Assembly: GCF_006345805.1 (NCBI RefSeq)
Contig: NC_043002.1
Span: 111,352,001-111,416,000, forward strand
DNA length: 64,000 nt
From: Octopus sinensis
Taxonomy: Eukaryota
Direction: 5' to 3'
Made by a program: the position numbers and the translations under genes. The notes below the pieces were generated by a model. The model worked only from the letters and a program-made list of their open reading frames with translations, had not been told where the DNA came from and did no database searches. This document shows positions 47,151-60,149 of this stretch, piece after piece (the first letter of the stretch is position 1; the number at the start of each line of letters is the position of its first letter).

Positions 47151-47221
47151 CGTATTTGCCACTGAAGAGGGGAAAATTTCTTATGAATTAACCCCGAAAT
47201 TGGACCAATACGGTAATAACG
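47151..47221 (+). ncRNA. Type I hammerhead ribozyme within a 74-bp-arm foldback
   Basis: CTGAAGA at 47162-47168; stem II GGGG/CCCC; GAAA at 47196-47199; stem III ATTGG/CCAAT with a 1-nt loop; AUA site at 47208-47210. Stem I is imperfect (cgtatttgcca/cggtaataacg) with a C-A mismatch at the first pair. Confidence 0.7.
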
Positions 47222-47477
47222 AATTTTTTAGAGATTTCTATCGGTTTATTTCGAGATGCATAAATTATTAATGTATATATATATATATGTATAAATAATC
47301 ATATCAAAGGGAAATGGAAATTAATAGAAATTTTCATTTCCAGTGGTATAACGTGTAAAAATTTAGTCCAAAGACTATGTATTAGTCATAAAATACAGTG
47401 TACATTTAAACACACGAGGAATCCACTCATGGGATTCAACATACTAGAAAGAACAGCTAGGTTCTATGACCACAAAA

Positions 47478-48440
47478 TTAGGGATAAAATTCAACAGGAA
47501 AAATGCCAACTTTTAAAAGAGGTTGAGCAGGTATGGAAATTACTGTTTCAGTACTCTTGTCTATGCATGGGTATGCGAGTGGGTACCTTGAGTACTCGTT
47601 GACTATTACCAATAAGTAGTGGTATTGCGTGGTTGATGGAAGGGGACCAACAAAGTCGATGGAGAGGTGCTCCCAAGGTCTCAATGCCTGTATTAATTGA
47701 CCCATAAAAGCCTAGGTCGGAAGCATCTGTTTCAATGTTAAGTGGTATTCTGGTTGTGGAACTGCAAGTATGACATTTACCAATGCAGTCTTTAGAGATG
47801 CAATTGCTGTTTTTGCTTCTTCTGGCAGTCCTGCTTTGTTGACATTCTCTCTGGCCTCTGGCTCTTAAGTGGAATGGTGAGTCTGGAGCACTTAGGTATC
47901 CATTTTGCATAATATGCAAAAATGCCTATTATTTGATTTAGTTCTCTCAATGTTCTTGGTTCTGACATATCTAGTAGAGCTTGATACCTCTTCAGGTCAG
48001 GTTAGAACAACCAAATGAGAGGTGTTTAACCCTTTAGTGTTCAGATTATTCAATCAAACATAATGCCTATTGATTCCCATTGATTTGAATTAATCATGCA
48101 TTATCTCATATCTTCAAGATCTTGATGGTGCAATTACTTAATGTAGAATAACATTGTAGGGTAGGTGTGAGAGCCTGGATCTGGTCAGTTTGAACATAAA
48201 ACAGATTAGCTATTTTGGCCGGATATGGCCGGTTTAAATACTAAAGGGTTAAACTAGGACAGTCTCCCCACCTGCTTCAAACACTGTCAGTTTATAGTCT
48301 TTGGGTAGGAGTTCCACCTGATGATATGCAGCTGTCATATCTATGTTGCTGAAAATCTTCTTTGCTGCTACTTCATTTAGATCATTGACAGTGGGAACCA
48401 TTCTACCTGAATTCCTCCAGAATCCCGGAAGCACAATACT
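47478..48440 (-). mobile_element. Heavily deleted Gypsy pol remnant, split by the TTAA MITE
   Basis: RT IFSNIDMTAAYHQVEL, RNase H IETDASD and integrase PWEHLSIDFVGPLP...LLVIVNEYSRYPLAYPC. Confidence 0.75.
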
Positions 48441-50426
48441 GCATCATTGACATCTCAGAAATAGGGGGGGGGGTTCCACTTGTGGAATCATAACATATAT
48501 ATATATAAACTTTATGAAACTGCTATTAAATAATACATGTATCTCCTACTAAATATACTGAGTGCCCTTTTCTTTCGTTTGTCCACTCACCTGTGTACAC
48601 ACACACACACACAAAGTAAATATGCCATCCAAACTTACCTGGACTGTAGATACATTCAATTTTTTGACTTATAGTCCTGAGAGAAAGGTAGCCTTTCTAA
48701 AGTAGTAAGCTGAAATAATAAAAGAAGAATCATATATTAAACTAACAGTATCGCCCAGCGTTGCTCGGGTTTGTAAGGGAAATAACTATATAAGCATTTT
48801 TAGAGATGTAAAGTATAATAGCCATCTCAATATGGCTAACCACAAAGGGGGGTGTTACTGTAGCTTTTTACGTTCTGAGATTTAATAATAAATTTTTAGA
48901 GAGTTACTTCCCTTATATAATAGCAAAAAAATGCATTAAAAAATAGGAAAAACGATGGTAAATTTTTTTTTTAATCGTAGACTCATCGTAGACGCGCGCT
49001 AATACCCAGAAGGGATCGATATGAATCACGACTATAAGATACCCGGTTTTGGTTAAACTGCACCGCAAAATGTGGGAGTAGTTAGGAATCTAAATCGTAG
49101 GAGACAGACAGCAGACAACTTCACTTTTATATATAAAGATGTTCTGAAAAGGATGTCTTGACCTCAATTTACTTTTGTTCTCTAAACCCAAAAAGGCCCA
49201 CATACATGCAAAGAAACATTCATACTGGTCACTCCTCATTTAAACTATATACACATCTTACCAAAGTAATATAATGACGAAAAGCCTTACATCCCACAGC
49301 AGTTTCAGGAAAAAAAATAAAATGAACATGAATGTAGATACATTTATAGCAACGTGTCAATGTTCTGACAGAAATGGCAACAAGATTTCCTCAGGGATGA
49401 TACAATAGAATGGTTACAGAAATGGCTGAGTTGTTTGTATTCCGGACTGCTAGTATAAACATTAGCAGTTTTTTGGAGAGTGATCCCTTTTTCAGACAAC
49501 ATAACACCTATAAACCTCTACAGGTGAACATCATTCCGCAACAACCTATTACAAAATAATCAGTCAGCAACCAATTATATAAACCCCAGAAGGACGAAAG
49601 GCAATACTGACTTTAAGACTTGAAATCACAACATAAAGGCTTGTAACTAAATACCTATATTTTTAGTACCCACAAGGGGCTAAACACAGAGAGGACAAAC
49701 AAAGACAAACAGATTAAGTCGATTATATCGACCCCAGTGCGTAACTGGTACTTATTTAATCGACCCCGAAAGGATGAAAGGCAAAGTCAACCTCGGCGGA
49801 ATTTGAACTCAGAACGTAACGGCAGACGAAATACGGCTACGCATTTCGCCCAGCGTGCTAATGTTTCTGCCAGCTCGCTGCCTTGTAACTAAATACCACA
49901 AGGTATTTTGTTCAACACTCTACAAATTCACCACCTTTATACCTTAGCCACTGGTGCTGTGCTGTGTTGCCAAGGTACTAAGTTTTCAACAGCCATGGAT
50001 CCTAATTAAGTCAAAACTAGATCAACCTTTAAAAGAAAGAGTTAGCAATGGAACAGTTCCTTATTTTATTTTCAGATAGGCATGAATTCTAGGAATGTTC
50101 CTAAGCAACAAGATGACGGCTCAGTGTTCTACTCAAACAACAAAACACAGTGGATTTGAACTTACAATGTATGTGTACTGCTATTCAAATATTTTATCTT
50201 TCCAGTTTTACTTCTACTGTAAAACTTATATGAAATATACGATTTGTAGAGGTGAAAACAATGGCAATGATGATATATAGAAAGTCAGAACTCTGGCTAT
50301 AGATACACAAGCCATGGCTGAATTTTGATCATATCCATGTTCTTTAGAAGGGTCCACTTGATTTGTGTTAGTCTGAATAACACAATTAGAAGGGGCCTCG
50401 ACACAGCTGGCTTTCTATCTCAATTG

Positions 50427-50804
50427 GAACCAATAGGTCTTGACCATGTGGTCGGTAGGTATCCCAACAGAATAACCCTCTTCTCATTTGAGTGAGGCAG
50501 ATCCTTAGCCTGGGATGCAGCATGCAGCAACATATTCTCCGGCACCAACCTTGCCATATCAGCTGCAAACCCAAGCGTTACTGATCGTAACACAAAAGAC
50601 AGAAAATTCAATAAATACAGGGACCTGACCGGCTGACATGAGTTTATGCAGGTAGCCATTGAGACCTCAGGTGTTCTTGGACCCCACAGCAAAATTGGGA
50701 TAATGGTGACCTGTCTAAGAAATGAGCCCTGCAAGGTGGAATTGCTGCTGCAGTAAGTGTCACTGGCCATTCTCCATGGCAACACCATTGCGGTCATGAC
50801 TGCA
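50427..50804 (+). mobile_element. Restriction-like endonuclease domain fragment of a CRE-type non-LTR retrotransposon
   Basis: EPIGLDHVVGRYPNRITL...GRSLAWDAAC...KFNKYRDL...VAIETSGVLG...VSLAILHGNTIAV in one frame with three stops. It matches the RPDG/WD/KY/VET-G/QRGN motif series. Confidence 0.7.
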
Positions 50805-53800
50805 AACCCCACCTTTTTCTGTTGGCACGTAAAAGCACCATCCGTTCGTGGCCGTTTGCCAGCTCCGTCTGGCACCTGTGGGGGTGGCACGTAAAAAGCA
50901 CCCACTACACTTATGGAGTGGTTGGCGTTAGGAAGGACATCAAGCCGTAGAAACACTGCCAGATCAGACTGGGCCTGATGCAGCCTTCTGGCTTCACAGA
51001 CCCCAGTTGAACCGTCCAACCCATACCAGCATGGAAAGCGGACGCTAAATGGTGATGATTAAATGTTACAGTTTAAAAAGTGATCAGTTGGTTTAATAAC
51101 TAATAATATCAAACTGTACACAGAAATAATTTCAAACATTGGAGTAGCTTTTATGAACTTCTATTTTGTTCAGTCGCTTTTTTGACTCATTAGACAATCT
51201 TTTCCATAAACACCACAATATCTCATCTATTTCATTGAACAGAGAAAAATGAGAAATCCTCTATATGATCGTTCGATCTACTAGAAATAGCAGCCAAATG
51301 TCCTTCAAAGCACACATTGACTAATGTGGTCTTGGATGAGCAAAATATTCTACAAGGTAATGTTAATATAAAAGGAAGAGAATTAAACAACTTTTAAGCA
51401 GGTTTTTTTTTTTAACAGTTGGACAGTGTAATAAAATGATTGAGTTTTGACCAAGAACAAAGAATAATTTTGTAGCAAACAATTCACTAATACAAACAAA
51501 GATTACTGGTATTTTACCAACTCTGGCAAGACAAAAATAGTTTATCTCAAGAGGATGTGAATTCCAAATATTTAAATACTGAATTAGGTACTTTAATGCC
51601 TCTAGATCAGTTCTCCACCTCCCGTACACTTTAATAATAATGTTGAATTCACAGTTTAGTTGCAACTCTCTAATTATTTAGAAATGTATATCTCAAAATG
51701 CTATCTTTATATATAAAAGTAAGGTTGTGTGCTGTCTGTCTCCTACGATTTAGATTCCTAACTACTCCCACATTTTGCGGTGCAGTGTAACCAAAACCGG
51801 GTATCTTATAGTCGTGATTCATATCGAGCCCTTCTGGGTATTAGCGCGCGTCTACGATGAGTCTACGATTTTAAAATTAATTTACCATCATTTTTTTCCA
51901 TTTTAATGCATTTTTTCGCTATTATATAAGGGAAGTAACTCTCTAAAAATGTCTACGATGAGTCAACGACTTTTAAAAAAAATTTACCATCATTTTTTTC
52001 CATTTTTAATGTATTTTTTGGCTATAACTCTCTAAAAATGCTTTATAGTTATTTCCCTTACAAACCCGAGCAACGCCGGGCGATACTGCTAGTTGCTTAT
52101 AAATCAGAAGTCATTTCGTTTGTAAGAAGTCAATAATAGTAAATATTCTGTATATGTATTACGTATGAATGACCATGCGTAAAAGGGCTCCGCCCAAATA
52201 AGCCCAATGATAGACAATACATATAATAAACATAGCAAGTTATTTTTAGCTCCCGGTGATTTAAAAAAAAACCTGCCTGTAAAATCGGTCCTGGTGACAA
52301 AATTATGATCAAAAGGATTTCAGCCGTAACCACCTCATTTTTTTTTTATTTCGGATGTGTTATCTAAGACTAGATTATCCAATGTGTCCTGGCGCGATTT
52401 AAGGGAGATTTGACTGCTATTGCAAGCAGGCTGAAAGACCATATTCAGTTCGCTTTAGAATATATATATATATCTACAACTATTTTTCTTACCTATCGAA
52501 ACGTTTGAACAGTTTGCAGTTCTGCCACAAGCCGTAGGATAGTTTGTAGTGGAGAAGATTATAGTCCTGACATGCAATAGGTCGACCTGTAAATTAATAA
52601 AATATTTATCGTAATAAAGTTAATCTAGATACATCCTCTATTTGTAAAAAAAAAACAGATACACCCTTTGGGGAAAGAGTAAAGAAAAAAATACATATAC
52701 CAGAGCCGTGGAAAATTATGAAAATAAATAATCTTTCGTAAATGTTATGGATTTTAGCAAGTAATGTTAATTATATGAACACTGAGCCATCTTGCTAATT
52801 GAAGAAGGATAAGCCAGACAGGTTTGTTACTACATCAATTGTGTGTATATCTGCAAAAGAGGGGCAAGACCCAGCCATCACGCAAGATAGATCAGATACG
52901 ACAAAGAATGTTCATCTTTTTCTAAATTTCTAGGCATGAAATAATTAAAATCAAGCGTTAAATTGAGGCAAGAGCAAAACGGTTATATAAGATCAAGAGC
53001 AAATTAGTTTCTTTTATGTTATTTAATGCTATACCGATGTTTTACAAATATAATTTGTGTGTGTGTGTCTTTTTCTGAAGACAATGGTAATATGCTTATA
53101 TGGGGAAGGAGGATCTCTTATGATATTTGTGATAAAAAGACAAATCGGTCTCCTTAAAAATAATAAGCGGAGATCCAGTATATTTCAGTAAACAAATTAA
53201 AGCGATTACTGTCTTGGAAACTGAAGCAGGATCTACCGTTGGTGGGGGGGGGGGGGAGCAGATTCTGTGATATAATCCTCTTTAAATAAATCACCTAAAT
53301 CACCTTTCTACTGGTTGCCCGACAGCTGAATGCTTCGATAAGCATTATGGAAATCAGGAGGTTAAAATGTAGTTAATTAATTAGTGTACCCCAGATCAAT
53401 TAAATAGACAAACACACAGCAGACTATAAATAAATAATTAGAAATGTTATAACCTTATTGTAATTTAGAAGACATACAAAAACGTTGCTTATCGTCAGTG
53501 AACTTCACAAGAGCAAAAACACCTTGAGGTGGTGGAATTAACGATCTGGCTAAAAGTGGGAAAGATATGATCTATCTATCTATCTATCTACCTATCTATC
53601 TATCTATCTATTTATCTTATCTATCTATATCTATCTATCTATCTATATATCTGCCTATCTATTTATCTATCTATATTCTGTCTGTCTATCTATCTATCTT
53701 ATAAAAATGAAAGAGGCAGCAAACTGGACAAGTTGTTAATACGTTAAAAGATTGTAGTAGAAAAAACCTCAATAAAAATCTATAGATGCACCTCAAATAA

Positions 53801-54225
53801 ATAAGTCTTCCTCACCAACTGGGATTCACAATCTGGGAGTTCACATTTTCAAAGGCATGAAAAAGCTGGTGGTTTTGGGGATTTTTCTGTTAACCTTTTA
53901 CTTTATTCTTTTTCAAAATAAGCAGAGTTAAAGCAAGCAATTTCAGGAATACTGATTAAATTCCATCCTGGAACCAATTAAGATTGTATTGCAAAATATA
54001 AGAAAGAACTGCACTGATTTAACGATCATGAATGCATTAATTGTGAATTTATATAACTAAATCTTATCAAGACCGACCAAGTAGTGCTTGTAATAATACT
54101 TCTGGTGATAGATGAACATAACATGTAACCCTTTGGAATATTAGTGATGAGTTTACAAAAAGAGATGATTGTTAGATCTTATTACAAAGAAGATATGTCA
54201 GCCAAGAAAACAAACTGTACGGAAA

Positions 54226-54315
<90 letters not shown>

Positions 54316-54712
54316 GATACATACATACATATATAGATAAGATAGATAGATAGATAGATAGATAGATATAGATATATATATATAGATACAAACATACATA
54401 TATAGATAGATACATACATAGATAGATAGATATAGATATATATAGATACATACATACATAGATAGATACATAGATAGATACATACATACATAGATAGATA
54501 CATACATAGATAGATACAAACATACATAGATAGATAGATAGACATATATATATATATATATAGATAGATAGATAGATAGATAGATATAGATAGATAAATA
54601 GACAGAGATAGATAGATATAGATAAATAGATAGAAAGATAGATAGACAGAGATAGATAGATAGATAGATAGATAGATCGATAGATAGATAGGGAGATAGA
54701 TATAGATATGAG

Positions 54713-54797
<85 letters not shown>

Positions 54798-54816
54798 GAT
54801 GGATATACCAATGGTA

Positions 54817-55440
54817 ACTTACCAGTCATTCCTGTTTAAAAGAAATATCTAGCAACAGTGGTTTTGAATAAATATAATTTGAAATGTTTGTTTGTGTTTT
54901 GGAGTGTTTGGAAATCGATCGGGGAAGAAGAATAGGTGAGGTGGTTTTAATGTTTGATAGGTTTGGAGTTTGTGTGGTGGATGGGGGAAAGAGAGAAAAT
55001 ATTATGGGGGTTAGTTGGCAGAGCTTAAGATATTAGTATATTAGTGTGGAAATGAAAGAATATTGGTGGTTGGGGAAGAATGAGGAAGGTTGAATGCCGA
55101 GATAAATACAGCTGAGGAGTGGAGGAGCAGCCGTCGGAGATGCTTGGAGCATTTTTTTTACACAATCCAAGCATCCATCCATCCGACTGGATTTGTTTAC
55201 GTGGAAGGAGAGAAAGAGGAAGACTGGTTTGGTGATCGGTTGGAGGAAAGAGGAGATTTTGCTACAGTGAACCAGTATGGCTATATATATATATGTATGT
55301 ATATATATGTGATATGTGTGTGTGTATGTCTTTAAATGTCCAAAATGCCTGACTCCAGCGAAGGCAGCCGTGCCTTTCTTAAGAGATCTGGAGATCGCAC
55401 GGCTGCCATGAAAAGATAGGGATGATGACGCATGCGCAAC
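54817..55440 (-). promoter_or_regulatory. Candidate promoter and first non-coding exon, possibly of the KCTD gene
   Basis: Non-repetitive, locally more GC/CpG-rich stretch. It has an NRF1-like CGCATGCGCA at 55429-55438 and a minus-strand donor CTG|GTAAGT at 54823/54822. The link to KCTD is inference only. Confidence 0.25.
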
Positions 55441-55589
55441 ATAACACCGGTCTGGCACCAAACACACACACACACACTCCCCTCTCTCTCTGTATATATC
55501 TATCACTCTCTCTCTCTCTTTCTTTCTCTCTCTCTATCTCTCACTCTCTCTCTTTCTTTTCTCTTTCTCTATCTCTCACTCTCTCTCTT

Positions 55590-55655
<66 letters not shown>

Positions 55656-58329
55656 GCTATCTCTCTCTTTTCTTTTTCTTTCTTTCTCTCATTCAATCCC
55701 AGACTCTCTTTTCTGTTGGCCATCGTTAATACAACATCTGTTGCTTTTTTTTTTAATTATTCCTAAATTACTTACCTGACATTGGAAAAAGTTAAATTTA
55801 TTGACCTGTCAGAACTTCAAACAATAAAAAACGTTTAATTCAAAGTCACATCACTTCGTCTACACCTCCAATACCATCAGACTGCAATGAATATCACATT
55901 TTCCCTTTTCTCATACTAGCAGTATCGCCCGGCGTTGCTCGGGTTTGTAAGGGAAATAACTATATAAGCATTTTTAGAGAGTTATAGCCAAAAAATAGCA
56001 AAAAAATGCATTAAAAATCGAAAAAAATGATGGTAAATTTTTTTTTTAATCGTTGACTCATCGTAGACATTTTTAGAGAGTTACTTCCCTTATATAATAG
56101 CGAAAAAATGCATTAAAATGGAAAAAAATGATGGTAAATTATTTTTAAATCGTAGACTCATCGTAGACGCGCGCTAATACCCAGAAGGGCTCGATATGAA
56201 TCACGACTATAATAAGATAGCCGGTTTGGGTTAAACTGCACCGCAAAATGTGGGAGTAGTTAGGAATCTAAATCGTAGGAGACAGACAGCACACAACCTC
56301 ACTTTTATATATGAAGATTATTTACCTGACATTGGAAAAGTTAAATTTATTGACCTGTCAGAACCTCAAACAATAAAAACGTTTATTTCAAAGTCACATC
56401 ACTTCGTCTACACCTCCAATGCCATCGGGCTGCAATGAACATCACATTTTCCTTTCCCTTTTCTCATATATCTAAACATATTTTCCCCGTTGCGGCAATC
56501 AAATGTCATTTGACCTTTGCAGTGCACTCTTTTCTGGAAAGAGTTCGATATTTATAGATTGTGATGCTGTTAACATTGTCGGGACTTGACTTATCATTTC
56601 TTCTTCTTCTTTTTTTAGTTGATAATGCGATTACATAGAATTTTAAATGCTTGAGGGAAATTCATTGAAAAAAAACAAGGCCCTTAAAATCGAAATACAA
56701 CTTGTATTTTCTTTGTTTCTGGGGAATTAAAATGGAATGAAAATAGAACTATAAATAAAATTTAGTGACTAAATTTGTGGAAAATAACAATTGGGTTGAT
56801 CCTGCCATCGCAAAATATCGAATTGAGTCTTCGCGTTGTTGGAATTGCTGTGGTGATATGGTTAGCATCATCAATTTCCTTCTTCCTATGTTTTTCTTGT
56901 CAATACTTATTTCTTTAGCAATTTCTTACATTGGCATAAGGTAACATTTACCCAAGCATGTATGGAGATGGACTTCCGCCTTTCCCCCCACCCCTTTTCT
57001 CCCAAATTTGTTTATTTTTAAAATCTTTTCCGGAAATTTGCTAACAACCGACATTGTTAAATTCCCCCCTCCCTCAAAATTCTTTAATTTTGACATTTTC
57101 CCCAACACTAACCCTAACCCTAAAACCCGAAGGATCTTTTCTTTTTCCGTCCATCAAAAAGAAAAGATCCAACCCTAACCCTAACCTTGACTACAGAAAT
57201 ATTTTGAAATTTTTGTCTGAATCATAATGTCCGTATTTTTCTGCATATTTAGATGAAAAAAATTCTTTAAAAGAAATTTGGCTAAAATTTTTGGAAATTT
57301 TTTTCAGAATCATAACCTCCGTATTTTTCCCCATATTTTGAAAAACAAAATTCTGAAAGAAGTAAAAAATTAGGGAAATGGGAGTGAGGGTGGGGGTAAT
57401 TTAAAAATGCTGATTTTTGCCAATTGTTTTCAGATTCGTACTCCCCGCAGCCAAAAGTGGGGTTTGTGTCAAAAAAAAAAAATTTTGAAAAAAGGGTGGT
57501 TGTCGGGGGGAAGTAGTCTTCCCTAGACTTCTTCCTATCTAAGCAGCATTTGTTCTTACAAGTGTAGTAAAATACATGAGTAAACATATAAGTTTTTCGA
57601 TTCAACCACTTGCATATGCCCAAAGATGAATATTGGAAGGGCTGGCCTTAGTAGGAATGGGGCCCAATTGGGAACAGTTTTGGTGGGCTCCAGGTTCCCT
57701 GTCAACTTGCTCCTTGGAAATTCCCTCCCCACCCACTTTGGAGTTATTTTTTTTTCTCGTTTTGCTTTCAGGTGCTATCAACTAATTTTGCTTCCTAATA
57801 TACTGCAAAGGACTTCTTTCTCCTTTGCAGCATATTAGGGGATCAGAATAGTGGCTGTTTTGTATGTTTAATAACTGCTATTTCTAGTATACTAAACAGC
57901 CACGTTAAGGACCGGCTGCCTTTCAGTTTGTAGCGTGGCACAAGTAGCCAGCATCATTTTGTACGAGATCTAGCTGGCAGCCGTTATCTTGTCCGAAACA
58001 AGAATGAGATCTCGTGTACAACTGTTTGCCATGCATGGCACCACAACAAGGCTCTCCTCGACAATGACTACTGAAGCAGGTGCAAAAGATATTCAAACTC
58101 TCTTAGTCTTCTCTAGCTTGCTTACACTGAGAGACACTACGAAGTAGGCAGCTACAGCGGACTCTAACCCACTCTGACCACACATGTTATTCTCCAGAGG
58201 TAATGTACCTCATGTGAATGGAGATATCACAAGCCATGCGCTGCCATGAAGATGGACACCGAGAATGGGACACAAGTCCATCGTTTCATCCAGCCCTGTT
58301 TGTTCAAGTTGTCAGGAAATTAGTTACGG

Positions 58330-60055
58330 AAGATTCGAGCACATCAGATTCTTCCTGCAATTTTTCATCTCATCGTGCATTCTTTGTTAAGGATCGTGTG
58401 TCTAACAAATCGTTCCAGCTGTTAAAATTTGGTCTTTGTGTCTTACTTCAGACAAGCCGAAGCAATCTGCCATTAACCTGCATGCAGTGAATCTATCCCT
58501 GATAAAAACTTATGGTCAAGTTTCCTTACACCTAGATCTCAACCTTCAAAGGGATTTTAGGTGGGATTTTGTTATAGCAGATCTACCATACCGCATTCTG
58601 GGTGCAGACTTCTTAAACCACTTTCACTCATTAGTAGATGTCAAGCGACAGAGACTTGTGGGCAATTCTACGTCTTTGTTTACGCCTGCTCGGGTTACTA
58701 CTAATGCTGTTTTCAGCCCGTCATTTTTTTGTTGCCCCTGCTGATGACCACTTCCACTCCCTTTTGGCTTCTTTCCAGAACTGGTGGATCTGACTTTCAA
58801 ATCAATCAAAGTCACATACTTGACTTGCCATTATATCACTAATTCTGGGCCACCCATTTTTTTATGTCCACAGCAACTCGCCGCTGACTGCCTCAAGAAG
58901 GCTCAATCTGAGTTTGAGCATATACTTCAACTCAGCCTTATTCACCCCTCCACCAGCCCTTGGACATCTCCTCTACATTTGGCACAGAAAGGAGATTCAG
59001 ATTTTCGCCCAGTGGGGGATTACAAACATTTGAATGCAATCACTGTTCCTGATCGCTATCCTATAAGGAATCTCCAAGATCTTTCATCAAACTTGCATGG
59101 TTGTACTATTTTTTTCCAAGGTTGACGTCATCTGAGCTTATCATCAAATTCCAATGAACCTGACAACATTCCCAAAACTGCCATTACCATCCTCTTTGGA
59201 AGTTTGGAGTTCCTGTTTATGAACTTCAGTTTGTGGATGCAACAAGCACATTCCAGAGGTTTATCGACAAAGTTGTCTGTGGACTTGACTTTGTGTTTGC
59301 TTATGTTGATGATTTGCTCATAGCTAACGACATGTGTGAAAATCACCTCCAACACTTATCTCAACTTTTTCAGCATCTTCACACCTACAATGTGGGAATC
59401 AACCCAATAATAATTGTGTTTTGGGACAGACCTCTCTGGAATTCTGAGGTCATTATATCAATTCTAATGATATCTGACCTCTCTCCTCCAAAGTCGAAGC
59501 AATTCAATGCATCACACCTCCCAGTTCTCTATGCGAATTGCATCATCTCTTGGGAATCGTCAACTTTTACAGGAGATTCATACATAAATGTGCAGACAAG
59601 TTACTTCCCTTGACTCAACCTTTGTTCCTTAACTATGTTTCTGGATTTAGCACCAGTGTGTGACACTAAATGTCTCCTACTATAGCCCTGTGTGTTTGTG
59701 CTTGTCCAAAACCTGAAAGGGTGCCATTGCAAAGAGATTTTTCTCTTTTGAACAAGAGACAAGAAATTTTATCTCACCTGCCCCATCTTTCTCACTCCCA
59801 CTATCCACATACATACACATGCACTTGTGTGCGTATATATACAATTCCCCACAAAATAAAAATACATATACATACAATCATACACATAAATACGACCTCA
59901 ACCAAAACCACTATCAAAGATAATTGAACTTTTAACCTTTAACCATTGTAGCCAAAATACTGAGAACTGAATTCTTTTACACATATACATCCATTTATCC
60001 TTTTGCTTTTATCATTTTTTATTTATTTATTTTTTTATATATTTTGCTTTCTTTA

Positions 60056-60094
<39 letters not shown>

Positions 60095-60116
60095 CATACA
60101 TACATACATACATACA

Positions 60117-60149
<33 letters not shown>

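Noticed and set aside
57840-58330. 5' LTR and gag of the Gypsy element
   Set aside because: I could not match it to the 3' LTR beginning at 62547 and found no PBS, so it is left unannotated.
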